43,455 bases of DNA, taken from the NCBI GenBank assembly GCA_965234725.1, contig CBDDUX010000034.1, positions 1 through 43,455 of the forward strand, in the 5' to 3' direction. Below the pieces are notes generated by a model. That model was not told the DNA's origin, did no database searches, and worked only from the letters and a program-made list of their open reading frames with translations. Position numbers and translations under genes: made by a program. This DNA comes from Thermoplasmatota archaeon (GTDB taxonomy: Archaea > Thermoplasmatota > Penumbrarchaeia > Penumbrarchaeales > Penumbrarchaeaceae). How positions within the stretch are numbered: the stretch's first letter is position 1; each line of letters starts with the position of its first letter. Below, in pieces: positions 17,922 through 26,946 of the stretch.

Positions 17922-19688
17922 TTGACCAAAAACGATTTAAGAAGTTCCTCTGATTACCGGGGGATGTATTCTTCCAAAGGTCCTGGACCTTTGACATGGA
18001 CCTATCTGGTGGTTTCGCTGCTGGCCGTGTCATCTCTTTCCTTTGTTCCCATCGACAGTAAAGGGTTTGTGACTGCCCGGGAATCCCCCTACTCGAACAC
18101 ATCAATGGAACCTAACATTACTGAGAACTTCACCCAGTTCTTTGACTACGTATCCATGACGGAATACCTGAAACAGCTAGAATTGAGATTCAGAGATATC
18201 ATGAATTTGTGGTCTCTGGGAAAGACATACGAGGGAAGGGAGATATGGTGCGTCAAGCTTTCCGACAATCCCAGGTCCACCGATGACGGAGTGCCAGGGT
18301 CCGAACCGAATGCACTTCTTGTAGGGGCTCATCATGGAAACGAATGGATCTCTTACGAGACAGCACTGTATGTGATGACCTTCCTGCTCGAGAATTACGG
18401 TGGAACAGGTCAGAACGGAACAGAGGCAACCTACCTACTGGATAATCGGGAGATATTCATTGTTCCCATGCTCAACGCAGATGGGACCCAGTATTCCCAT
18501 GATACTGAAAGGGGTTGGAGAAAGAACAGAGAACCCAACTATCTTTACGACCAGATGCCGGGAAGTTACTTTGACCCTGACCTGATTCCAGCATCCTATG
18601 GGGTAGACATCAACCGCAACTATGGCTGGATGTGGCATTTATCGGGGGGATCCAATGCACTGGTTTCAAGCGGGTCATCATACAGAGGGCCTCCTGATAA
18701 TGTGGATGATGACGGAGATGCAATTGTCCAGGTCGATATTAGGAACGGCATCTTCCCAGGTCCCGATGAAGGTGTGGATGAGGATCCCATAGATGGCATA
18801 GATAACGATGGTGACGGAGAGGTAGACGAGGATCCGGCAGGTGGTTTCACATCCGCGGAGACCATTGCCATGAAGAAGCTGGGGGAGGAATTCGATTTCC
18901 CGGTTGCAATAACCTATCACTCTTACTCGGAACTCGTTTTGTGGCCATGGGGTTACACGGACGAGGTTGCTCCTGATGGCCCCCACATGGCTCAATTGGG
19001 AGAAAGGATGGCTGAAATGAATGGTTACCTTCCGGAGCAGGGATATGATCTCTACATGGTAACAGGTGACATGACCGATTGGTTCTACTCACAGTATGGC
19101 ACTTATGCATATACGATAGAGATCGGTACGACCCATCTGGTGCCTGCGGAAGATATTATTGAGAATGCGGACAGGAACCTTTACCCTTCGCTTTACATGA
19201 TCTATTCGGCAATAAACCCCTATATTTCCTATATCCGGACCGATGAGAATTCCACGAAGGTATGGAGATCGGGAGACGATATGAGAGTGGAACTTTCCTA
19301 CATCGACGAGGGATATCCGATACCCATGAGCAACGACTCCTTCAATGTTGTATACCGGTGGAATGGAGGACCATGGGAGAGATCCGGACTTTTAGGATTT
19401 GATAATGGGAACCTGACAGGTAGTTTTCCAATTGAGACCGATGATGGTCGACTTGAGATCTACTTTGAGTTGGAAGATGACAAAGGTAACGTGATCACCG
19501 AGCCAGCATATGCTCCTTACTCACTCATCACCATAGAATTCCAAAGGGACCCTCTTTTCGGACTCTATTTTGGTTTTGACACCTTGATCATTCTCCTTTT
19601 CACTCTGGGAGTATCATGGGGAGGGTTCACATTTGGTGTTGTGAAATCGATCAGGTCCCAGAAGAGACTGGAGGGCATGTATGGTTAA
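17922..19688 (+). CDS. Secreted, membrane-anchored M14 zinc carboxypeptidase
   Basis: GAHHGNEW (HxxE), WRKNR, GVDINRNY, YHSYS, TIEIG; signal and C-terminal TM. Start uncertain (TTG 17922 or ATG 17964). Confidence 0.92.
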   Translation: MTKNDLRSSSDYRGMYSSKGPGPLTWTYLVVSLLAVSSLSFVPIDSKGFVTARESPYSNTSMEPNITENFTQFFDYVSMTEYLKQLELRFRDIMNLWSLGKTYEGREIWCVKLSDNPRSTDDGVPGSEPNALLVGAHHGNEWISYETALYVMTFLLENYGGTGQNGTEATYLLDNREIFIVPMLNADGTQYSHDTERGWRKNREPNYLYDQMPGSYFDPDLIPASYGVDINRNYGWMWHLSGGSNALVSSGSSYRGPPDNVDDDGDAIVQVDIRNGIFPGPDEGVDEDPIDGIDNDGDGEVDEDPAGGFTSAETIAMKKLGEEFDFPVAITYHSYSELVLWPWGYTDEVAPDGPHMAQLGERMAEMNGYLPEQGYDLYMVTGDMTDWFYSQYGTYAYTIEIGTTHLVPAEDIIENADRNLYPSLYMIYSAINPYISYIRTDENSTKVWRSGDDMRVELSYIDEGYPIPMSNDSFNVVYRWNGGPWERSGLLGFDNGNLTGSFPIETDDGRLEIYFELEDDKGNVITEPAYAPYSLITIEFQRDPLFGLYFGFDTLIILLFTLGVSWGGFTFGVVKSIRSQKRLEGMYG

Positions 19689-21273
19689 AGGAGGAGGGAC
19701 CTTCACCAGCAAGTGGGGTCTGCTCATGGCAGCACTGGGGGCTGCCATAGGGACAGGAAATATCTGGAGGTTCCCAAAGGAGGTGGCGGACAACGGAGGG
19801 GGGTCGTTCATGATACCCTACATCATCTTTCTTTTTACCTGGTCGATCCCCATATTACTCGTTGAGTTCAACCTTGGAAAGAAGACGAGGAAGGGGACAA
19901 TGGGTTCTTTTGCTTCCATCCTCGGGAAGAATAAGACCTGGATGGGTGCATGGATGGCATGGATATCCACAGCCATCGGATTCTATTATGCAGTGGTCAT
20001 GGGGTGGACCATCAGGTATGCCTTGGGTTCCTCTACTGGGGGGGTGTCCTTATCAGACTCACAATCTTCCTGGGAGGGATTTCTGGAATCCCCGGGTTTG
20101 GTAGTCGTATTCCAAATAATTGCCATCGCTATATCAGCCTTCATAGTTTACCGTGGAATAGAAAAGGGGGTGGAGAGGGTAAACAAGGTGTTAATCCCAA
20201 CTCTTTCCGCTCTATTAATATTCTCAATGATTTGGGCGCTGACACTTCCAGGAGCGTTCCGGGGAGTCGCATACATATTCACCCCTCATGCTGATACTCT
20301 GTTCAATGGGAAGACATGGATAGCAGCGCTTGCCCAATCTGCCTGGTCTTGCAGTGCTGGAATGGGAATGGCAATAACCTATGGCGCTTACACTCGGAGA
20401 AAGGACGATACCACTCTCAACACTGTATTGACGGGTCTTGGGGATACCACCATCGCACTTGTTGCAGGTATAATGATCTTCGCAACGGTCTTTGCAATGT
20501 CAGGGACAATGACTCAGGCAGAATCTGCGGTCGAGGCAGGTGGTTCGGGACTGACCTTCATATTCCTGCCCCAGTTATTTGGTCAGATGGTGGGGGGAAG
20601 ATACATTGCAATTGCCTTCTTCTTTGCAATGGCATTTGCCGCTTTGACATCAATGATAGCAACATACGAGAATGCGGTCAAGAACTTCGTGGATGCAGGA
20701 TGGGCCAGAAAGAAGGCTATCATGGTGATAACAGGAGGGATGGTCCTCCTGGGTCTGCCTTCCGCACTTGTAGTAATGAAGGTGAATGGAACCCCAATGC
20801 CGGTATTCCTTGACAACCAGGATTTCGTTTGGGGTCTCGGTCTTGTAGTCTCCGGGGCATTCATCTACTATCTTGTTTGGAAGTACGGGATCACCAAATT
20901 CAGGAATAATTTCATCAACAGCAGATATGCCGATATGAAAATCGGGAAATGGTTCGATGTTCTGTTCAAATATGTCATTCCTGTGGAACTGGTGGTCATG
21001 TCAGTCTGGTTCATCTATCAGACCATCATAAGTCCCGGAGATGAATGGTGGCTTGGAGGGATAGTCGGTTTCCTGATAATGATGGCTCAATGGAGCATTG
21101 CTATCCTGGGAGTCGTCTTCATATCCAGAAAGGTACAAGACCGGTTGGTTGAGGATGATTTTGATCCGGAATCCTCCATTGATCAAGATATCGAAAGGGA
21201 TTCCGGAGAACCTCTTGATTATGGGTCCTTCCCGGATGGTGAAGGAAATCCCCACGCAGTGGATGTGATCTGA
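19681..21273 (+). CDS. Sodium-dependent transporter, SNF/NSS family (probably amino acids)
   Basis: GAAIGTGNIWRFP...GGGSF signature, GIEKGVERVNK, GLTFIFLP, AALTSMI; about 12 TM helices. Confidence 0.95.
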   Translation: MVKGGGTFTSKWGLLMAALGAAIGTGNIWRFPKEVADNGGGSFMIPYIIFLFTWSIPILLVEFNLGKKTRKGTMGSFASILGKNKTWMGAWMAWISTAIGFYYAVVMGWTIRYALGSSTGGVSLSDSQSSWEGFLESPGLVVVFQIIAIAISAFIVYRGIEKGVERVNKVLIPTLSALLIFSMIWALTLPGAFRGVAYIFTPHADTLFNGKTWIAALAQSAWSCSAGMGMAITYGAYTRRKDDTTLNTVLTGLGDTTIALVAGIMIFATVFAMSGTMTQAESAVEAGGSGLTFIFLPQLFGQMVGGRYIAIAFFFAMAFAALTSMIATYENAVKNFVDAGWARKKAIMVITGGMVLLGLPSALVVMKVNGTPMPVFLDNQDFVWGLGLVVSGAFIYYLVWKYGITKFRNNFINSRYADMKIGKWFDVLFKYVIPVELVVMSVWFIYQTIISPGDEWWLGGIVGFLIMMAQWSIAILGVVFISRKVQDRLVEDDFDPESSIDQDIERDSGEPLDYGSFPDGEGNPHAVDVI

Positions 21274-21473
21274 TGAAGGAAGAAGAGACGATCATGGGAT
21301 TGCTTGAAGATAAGGGTGAACTATCTACCACAGAGATAGAATCGGAATTCACTAGAAAAGGAGAATCCTGCCCGGATGGTGCCGTGAAGCACCTTATGAG
21401 ATTAAAAGCCAGAGGTCTTGTATCAGGCAGGATCGATAAGGAAAAAAAGGGATGGGTCTGGTCCCTGAAATAG
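21273..21473 (+). CDS. Small winged-helix-like protein
   Basis: GELSTTEI...LMRLKARGLV...WVW pattern; TGATG coupling to the upstream gene. Confidence 0.65.
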   Translation: MKEEETIMGLLEDKGELSTTEIESEFTRKGESCPDGAVKHLMRLKARGLVSGRIDKEKKGWVWSLK

Positions 21474-21567
21474 AGTGTTCCTATACTACTGGGCAAAAGG
21501 TTTAGATATTATTTTCAGCGGTTACTATACTGATACCCGGCCATACTCCGGGAGAAGAGGTGTTCAA

Positions 21568-24500
21568 ATGGATGATCAGTCAGCATCGAGATCTCGGTCT
21601 ATAAGGATCCAATCGATCCTTATGACAGTCCTGTTGGTTTTTTTAGCCATCATCATCGTAACGGGGGCAGATGAGACAAGGGGTCTTTCGGTGCCAGAAG
21701 GAACCTTGACAGGTAATGTCACATGGACCCTATCCGATTCCCCAGTGGATATACTTGGCAATTTGACCATTGATTCAGGAGCTACTTTGACGATCCAACC
21801 TGGTGTTCTTGTCAATATGGCCGATAACTCCTTCCTGGGGGTCAACGGAACTCTCAAAGCATTGGGAACCAAACCAGCAAGGATATCCTTCCTGGGATCC
21901 GAGTCAGGAGGATTCGACAGGATCAATGTCACATCAGGAGGAATTGCCCATCTTGCCTTCTGTACTATCGATTCAATGAGAGGGATGTCATCTTCTGGAT
22001 CAGGAACAATGGTCAGGATATTCAACTCCACCATTCTATCGAATTCCGCCGGTTTCACTTCATCCTCCGGTTCAGAGGCCTGGCTCATCAACTGTACATT
22101 CTTTTCCACAGGTAACGTTTCCATTTCTGGTGGAACGGTCCATGAAGGAAACTGGTTCAGTTTGACAGCATTGAAAGATAACGGAGAAGGTCCATATACA
22201 GAAGGAGCGGACCTCACAATATATGCCACAAAACCCCAGGATGGTAGTTGGTATATCTATAATTCAAAAACAGGAGATCCCAAGACAGGACCCGATGGGA
22301 ATCTATTCCCGATCGCTGTTGAGAAGTACCTCCATGAAGGATCGATCTCCACGAACAAGATCAAAATGACAATTACGATGTCTGCAGAGAACGATCGATG
22401 GAGAAAGCAGGAGAACGAATGGACGATATCCAATGATATAAATTACATCTGGTACTTGGATTTCACTCCTCCCGAGGCACCTGTCAATTTAATGGTGACT
22501 GAAAAAGGAGGTCATTGGATCCATATATCCTGGGACTTCGAGGGTGACGATACCAGGATCAGCAATTTTGTAATTGAGTATAAAAAATACTGGGAGGGTG
22601 AGGGCGATTGGGACCGGGTGGAACCTTCACCCAGCAATCGCGAATGGAACATCACTGTTGAGGATTCTAACCCGGATGGATTGTTCGAGGAAATGGATTA
22701 CGACATCAGGATGTTATGCATGGATGGAAGCAGCAACCCATCCGAGATCGTTTCAATAAGGGCCAAGACACTTGATATAACCAATCCAGAACCACCTGTT
22801 GAAGTTGAGCTTCTGGAGGTCGGAGGGACATATGTCCATGTGAAGTGGAACTGGTCCTCATCCAATGATATCATCGATTATGGCATTATCCTGAATGGGG
22901 GGGATAGTAACAACGAATTGATCCTTGTCCCTACCGAGAATAACGAGACACAGATCTACAACCTCTCCGGCCTTGATAGTGAGACCGATTACGATATCAA
23001 GATGGCTGCCTACGATGATGGTGAGATACCGAACAACTCAAACTGGACCAAGCCAATTAGCTTCAGGACCAGGGATATTACTTCGCCACCAAAACCCACA
23101 CTTTCCCTTGCCTTCATAGATCCACCGATCTACATCAGCGGATCAGGTTATTACAATGGTAGCCAGATGGCGCTCCAGGGTTCCGTCACAGGTGAGAACA
23201 GGACATTCATAGATGTTTTCGTGGACCTGGAACTTTATGTCCACCCTAATCCGGACCTTCCGAGACCATCTTCATACCAGGGTAATTTCTTCTTCTTCAT
23301 AACAGTAGAAGAGGGAGCTCATTCGATCAAGGTCAGAAGTGTTGATCCTGCTGGTAATAAGGGGCCCTTCTCCGATGAGGTCTCTATCAACATCGACAGG
23401 ACGCTTCCATTGATAGGAGCAGAGATCCCTGAGAATAGAAGGTTCATTGTGGACAGTGATGATCTCTTCATTTTAGCATCGAAAGCGACAGATGACAGAG
23501 GGATCCATTCCATTTCATGGATGATAGAAGGACCTGATGGTTCCAACAGTGAAGAGACCGATGGAACGCTATCAAAGACCTTCTCCGAAGGTGAATGGAA
23601 TATCACTCTCATCGTATCCGACCTTGCCGGAAACAAGAACTCCACTACCTTCAAGGTAATTTCACTTGTTCCGGATGATATTCATCCTCAGGCAACACTT
23701 GTTGCTCCGACCTCCAACATCGATATTGACCATGCGCCCATTTTCAAGATCTCGTTCAGTGAAGATATCCAGTGGACCCTCCTTGTGGCCAATATTGAAT
23801 ATTCGCTTGGGGGTGGTTCCGACCCTATCGGAATGATATCAAGTATCGACAGGGAAAATATGACGATCGAATACGAGCTGACAAGGTCACTTGAAGGAGG
23901 GATGAACTATACCTTCTCACTGACCTCCATACTGGACATGAGAGGCAACCAGGGCAATAACCTGTCATTTGAATTCAGGACCATCGATGACGATAGAGTC
24001 GATTCAGATGGTGATGGGATCCCAGACTATTACGAGGTACAGAAGGGATTCCTAAGTCCATCCAACCCCTTGGATGCAGAAGAGGACGAGGACGGGGACG
24101 GCCTGTCCAATCTCAGAGAATACCAGGAGGGGACAGACCCTGCAGCCCCTGACACCGATGGTGATGGAATGACAGACAGTTGGGAGGTGGAATACGGATT
24201 AAACCCCAGAGACAGGAGCGATGCACTCTCCGATCCGGATGGCGATTCGTATACAAACCTGGATGAGTTCCGGGCAGGGACAAATCCCAATGATGGCGAT
24301 GATAAACCTTCAGCATCAGACGAGGATAACACTCTTCTACTCATATCAATAATATTTGCAGTCCTGCTTGTGTTGATCTTGATCGTTGTAGGGATCCTGC
24401 TTGTGATGAGATCAAGGAAGAAGGAGGCTGAAGCAGAGGTTGAAGAGAAAGGGGAACAAGGAGTCGAAGAAGGACCCCAGACATGGAGTGAACAAGAGGA

Positions 24501-24771
24501 GTCCATGAGAAGGGATTGCCCCATGTGCGGTGCCTCACTCGAAGAAGGACTTGATTACTGTCCAGAATGCGGTGCAACAATCGCTTCTCCGGAAACTGAT
24601 GATATACTTGAGGGGTCCATGGATGAGGATCCTGTCATTGGAGAAGATGAGGTGATCACTCCGTCCATCGAGGAGGACCTGAAGAAGGATGTAGAAGGAG
24701 ATACAATGGAAGTGGAAGGTATTCCGGATATTGATGATGGAATGAACTTGAATGAACCTCCTACATTATAG
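21568..24771 (+). CDS. Surface protein: beta-helix, FN3 x2, Ig-like, DxDGDG Ca-binding repeats, TM, cytoplasmic zinc ribbon and acidic tail
   Basis: GAGGTG SD before ATG 21568; GNVTWT...SP cap; PPEAPVNL and LDSETDYDI (FN3); DSDGDGIPD, DTDGDGMTDSWE; CPMC...CPEC after the TM. Confidence 0.85.
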   Translation: MDDQSASRSRSIRIQSILMTVLLVFLAIIIVTGADETRGLSVPEGTLTGNVTWTLSDSPVDILGNLTIDSGATLTIQPGVLVNMADNSFLGVNGTLKALGTKPARISFLGSESGGFDRINVTSGGIAHLAFCTIDSMRGMSSSGSGTMVRIFNSTILSNSAGFTSSSGSEAWLINCTFFSTGNVSISGGTVHEGNWFSLTALKDNGEGPYTEGADLTIYATKPQDGSWYIYNSKTGDPKTGPDGNLFPIAVEKYLHEGSISTNKIKMTITMSAENDRWRKQENEWTISNDINYIWYLDFTPPEAPVNLMVTEKGGHWIHISWDFEGDDTRISNFVIEYKKYWEGEGDWDRVEPSPSNREWNITVEDSNPDGLFEEMDYDIRMLCMDGSSNPSEIVSIRAKTLDITNPEPPVEVELLEVGGTYVHVKWNWSSSNDIIDYGIILNGGDSNNELILVPTENNETQIYNLSGLDSETDYDIKMAAYDDGEIPNNSNWTKPISFRTRDITSPPKPTLSLAFIDPPIYISGSGYYNGSQMALQGSVTGENRTFIDVFVDLELYVHPNPDLPRPSSYQGNFFFFITVEEGAHSIKVRSVDPAGNKGPFSDEVSINIDRTLPLIGAEIPENRRFIVDSDDLFILASKATDDRGIHSISWMIEGPDGSNSEETDGTLSKTFSEGEWNITLIVSDLAGNKNSTTFKVISLVPDDIHPQATLVAPTSNIDIDHAPIFKISFSEDIQWTLLVANIEYSLGGGSDPIGMISSIDRENMTIEYELTRSLEGGMNYTFSLTSILDMRGNQGNNLSFEFRTIDDDRVDSDGDGIPDYYEVQKGFLSPSNPLDAEEDEDGDGLSNLREYQEGTDPAAPDTDGDGMTDSWEVEYGLNPRDRSDALSDPDGDSYTNLDEFRAGTNPNDGDDKPSASDEDNTLLLISIIFAVLLVLILIVVGILLVMRSRKKEAEAEVEEKGEQGVEEGPQTWSEQEESMRRDCPMCGASLEEGLDYCPECGATIASPETDDILEGSMDEDPVIGEDEVITPSIEEDLKKDVEGDTMEVEGIPDIDDGMNLNEPPTL

Positions 24772-24864
24772 CCGATGAAATAACATTGAAAAGAAAGATC
24801 TTGCCTCACCCGAAGATTTCCGATCGGGTCGTTCATGATATAATTATTTTTATTTATAACAATA

Positions 24865-24886
24865 GAAAGGCAAAACTTTAAATTTT
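24865..24886 (+). promoter_or_regulatory. BRE/TATA-like promoter
   Basis: GAAAGGCAAAACTTTAAATTTT about 30-50 nt upstream of the start at 24915. Confidence 0.5.
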
Positions 24887-24914
24887 CATTGCCTGATTTA
24901 AGGGGGATACCGAG

Positions 24915-26326
24915 GTGGGAGAGATGAAAGTCCGATGCAAGGAATGTAAGACCGAAATGGATTATCCGTTCAAAAAATGCCAGGACTGTGGTTGGGTCCC
25001 GAAAGGTAAGTATGCTGACCTAGCAAGGAAGTTCGCACTCAAGTACGAAAAAGAGGATGGGGTCAAGAAGAAGACCTCCACCACAAAGAAGAAGAGTACC
25101 TCCACAAGGTCTGGATTGCGAAAGAAATCCTCCACTATCAAGAAGAAACCCAGGATCGAGGTGGAAGAGGATGAACCAACCTCCACAAGGAAAAAGACGT
25201 CCTCAACAAGAAAGAAGACCACCTCATCCTTGAAGAAGAAAAGGCCCAGAGTGGAGGTAGAAGAGGATATGCCAACTTCCACAAGGAAAAAGACGACCTC
25301 AACAAGAAAGAAGACCACCTCGACAAAAAAGAAACCGAGAATTGAGGTCGAAGAAGATACACCCAAACCTGCCAGGAAGAAGACCACCTCTTCGAAAAAG
25401 AAATCCACAAAGAGCAAACCTGCCAGGAAGAAGCCAACCAGAGGTTTCAACCTTGAAGTTGAAGAGGATGAAAGAGCTGTCAGATCGACCTACCGCCCGA
25501 TAAATCTGGACGATGACGAAGAGGAGATCTTCGTTGTAGGAAAGACCTCCAGACCCAAATCCGCCCCAAAACCTCCTGTGGATGAAGAGGAAGAAGATTA
25601 TGAGGACGAAGAAGAGGAGGAAGAAGAAGAATACGAAGATGATGAAGACGAAGAAGAGGAGGAGGAAGAGGAGGAAGAAGAAGAATACGAAGATGACGAG
25701 GACGAAGAAGAAGAGGAGGAAGAGGAGGAGGAAGAAGAAGAATACGAAGATGATGAGGACGAAGAAGAGGAGGAGGAAGAGGAGGAAGAAGAAGAATACG
25801 AAGATGACGAGGACGAAGAAGAAGAGGAGGAAGAGGAGATCATCAAGATCCGTTGTAAATGCGGAAACTTGATCAAAGTGAAAGGTGGAAAACCTCCTAT
25901 CAGATTCAAATGTGACGAATGCGGCAGGAAAGGTGTCATCAAAGCACCACCCGAAGAAGAGGAGGAAGAGGAGGAGGAAGAAGAAGAATACGAACCTCCC
26001 AGAAGAAAGAAGAGAAGAAGACCCGTGGATGATGACGATGATTTCCCTCCCCGTCGTCCAAAAAAAAAAAGATAGACAATGACGAGGAATTTGAAACATT
26101 CCCAAAGAAGAGAAGCAAGCCTAAAGCCTCTAAACGTTCAAGTAATTTCGATTTCAAGAGACCCGAGGACCTTGGAGTAAGGAAGAGAAGTGAACCTTCC
26201 AATCTTTTCACTGTAAAAGATGATGGTCCAAAAAAGGGAGAGACCTGCCCGGTATGCGGGATAGGAATGACCTTTAAAGAAAGAGTCAATTCCTGGTACT
26301 GCCCGAGATGCAAATCGTTCTATTGA
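24915..26326 (+). CDS. Low-complexity charge-block protein with zinc ribbons; frameshifted at A11 (frame-0 stop at 26075, -1 frame continues to 26326)
   Basis: CKEC..CQDC, K/T/S repeats, E/D tract, CKC..CDEC; the -1 frame after 26060-26070 encodes KIDNDEEFETFPKKRS...CPVCGIGMTFKERVNSWYCPRCKSFY*. Confidence 0.78.
25145..25420 (+). repeat. Three ~31-aa basic coding repeats (PRxEVEED-PTSTRKKT...)
   Basis: PRIEVEEDEPTSTRKK, PRVEVEEDMPTSTRKK, PRIEVEEDTPKPARKK. Confidence 0.85.
25600..25838 (+). repeat. Tandem 54/57-bp coding minisatellite (YEDDED-E12/13)
   Basis: TAC codons at 25632, 25686, 25743 and 25797, with nearly identical GAA/GAG-rich units. Confidence 0.92.
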
Positions 26327-26331
26327 AAATA

Positions 26332-26763
26332 TCATCCACCGAAAAATATCCGGATGAAACTCCAAAGGACATATGGGGTTGCGATACCAGACCCAATACC
26401 TGCCAGAGAACCTGTTACAGCTCTGAGCACATTGTTGGATGTTCTGAATCCATGGAACTGGGTCATCCCGTCCAGTATAAGGGGTGAAAGCATTATTATC
26501 GTGAAGAATAGCATGGTTATTACTGGAGGGTCCAGAAAAACCAATATTAATATTCCGAGGGGAATCGAAAGGACCAGGGCAGGATAGAAGAAAAGACATC
26601 GGGAACAAAGTGGGAGCGGATGGCCTCCCATCCATAAGGACCTCTCAGGATCGCCATGACATATCTTTCTAAGTGGCATAGGTCTATCATCGATGATCTT
26701 CAGACCGATATCCTCCACTCTCATCTTGGACCTGAGTATAGACCTTTCCTGATCATCCTTCAC
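26332..26763 (-). CDS. DUF2085-family membrane protein
   Basis: CHGDPERSL...PLCSRC and PLILDGMTQ...RTSNNVLRAVTG motifs. Confidence 0.85.
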   Translation of the reverse strand: MKDDQERSILRSKMRVEDIGLKIIDDRPMPLRKICHGDPERSLWMGGHPLPLCSRCLFFYPALVLSIPLGILILVFLDPPVITMLFFTIIMLSPLILDGMTQFHGFRTSNNVLRAVTGSLAGIGSGIATPYVLWSFIRIFFGG

Positions 26764-26946
26764 AATACCTTATCTTCTTCTGGATTGATAATCCCATCCC
26801 CTGATGATTGGATTCGCATGTGACCCAAAATATATTTATAAGGAATAAAGGTTGAATTTCACTGGGTACTCTAGGCCAGGTTCCTCTTGTGAGGATCCCT
26901 TTGAACGGGAGGAAATGGAGACCCCATAAAGCAAGGAGGTAGAGAT

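Noticed and set aside
17788-18105. 105-aa ORF upstream of the kinase as a response regulator
   Set aside because: No receiver motifs; it overlaps the carboxypeptidase antisense and its promoter region.
25600-25838. Regular ~55-bp repeats as a CRISPR array
   Set aside because: No unique spacers; the units are in-frame codon repeats (multiples of 3) and no cas genes are present.
24962-26313. Minus-strand Phe-rich and poly-Ser ORFs
   Set aside because: Antisense shadows of the GAA/AAG-rich low-complexity gene.
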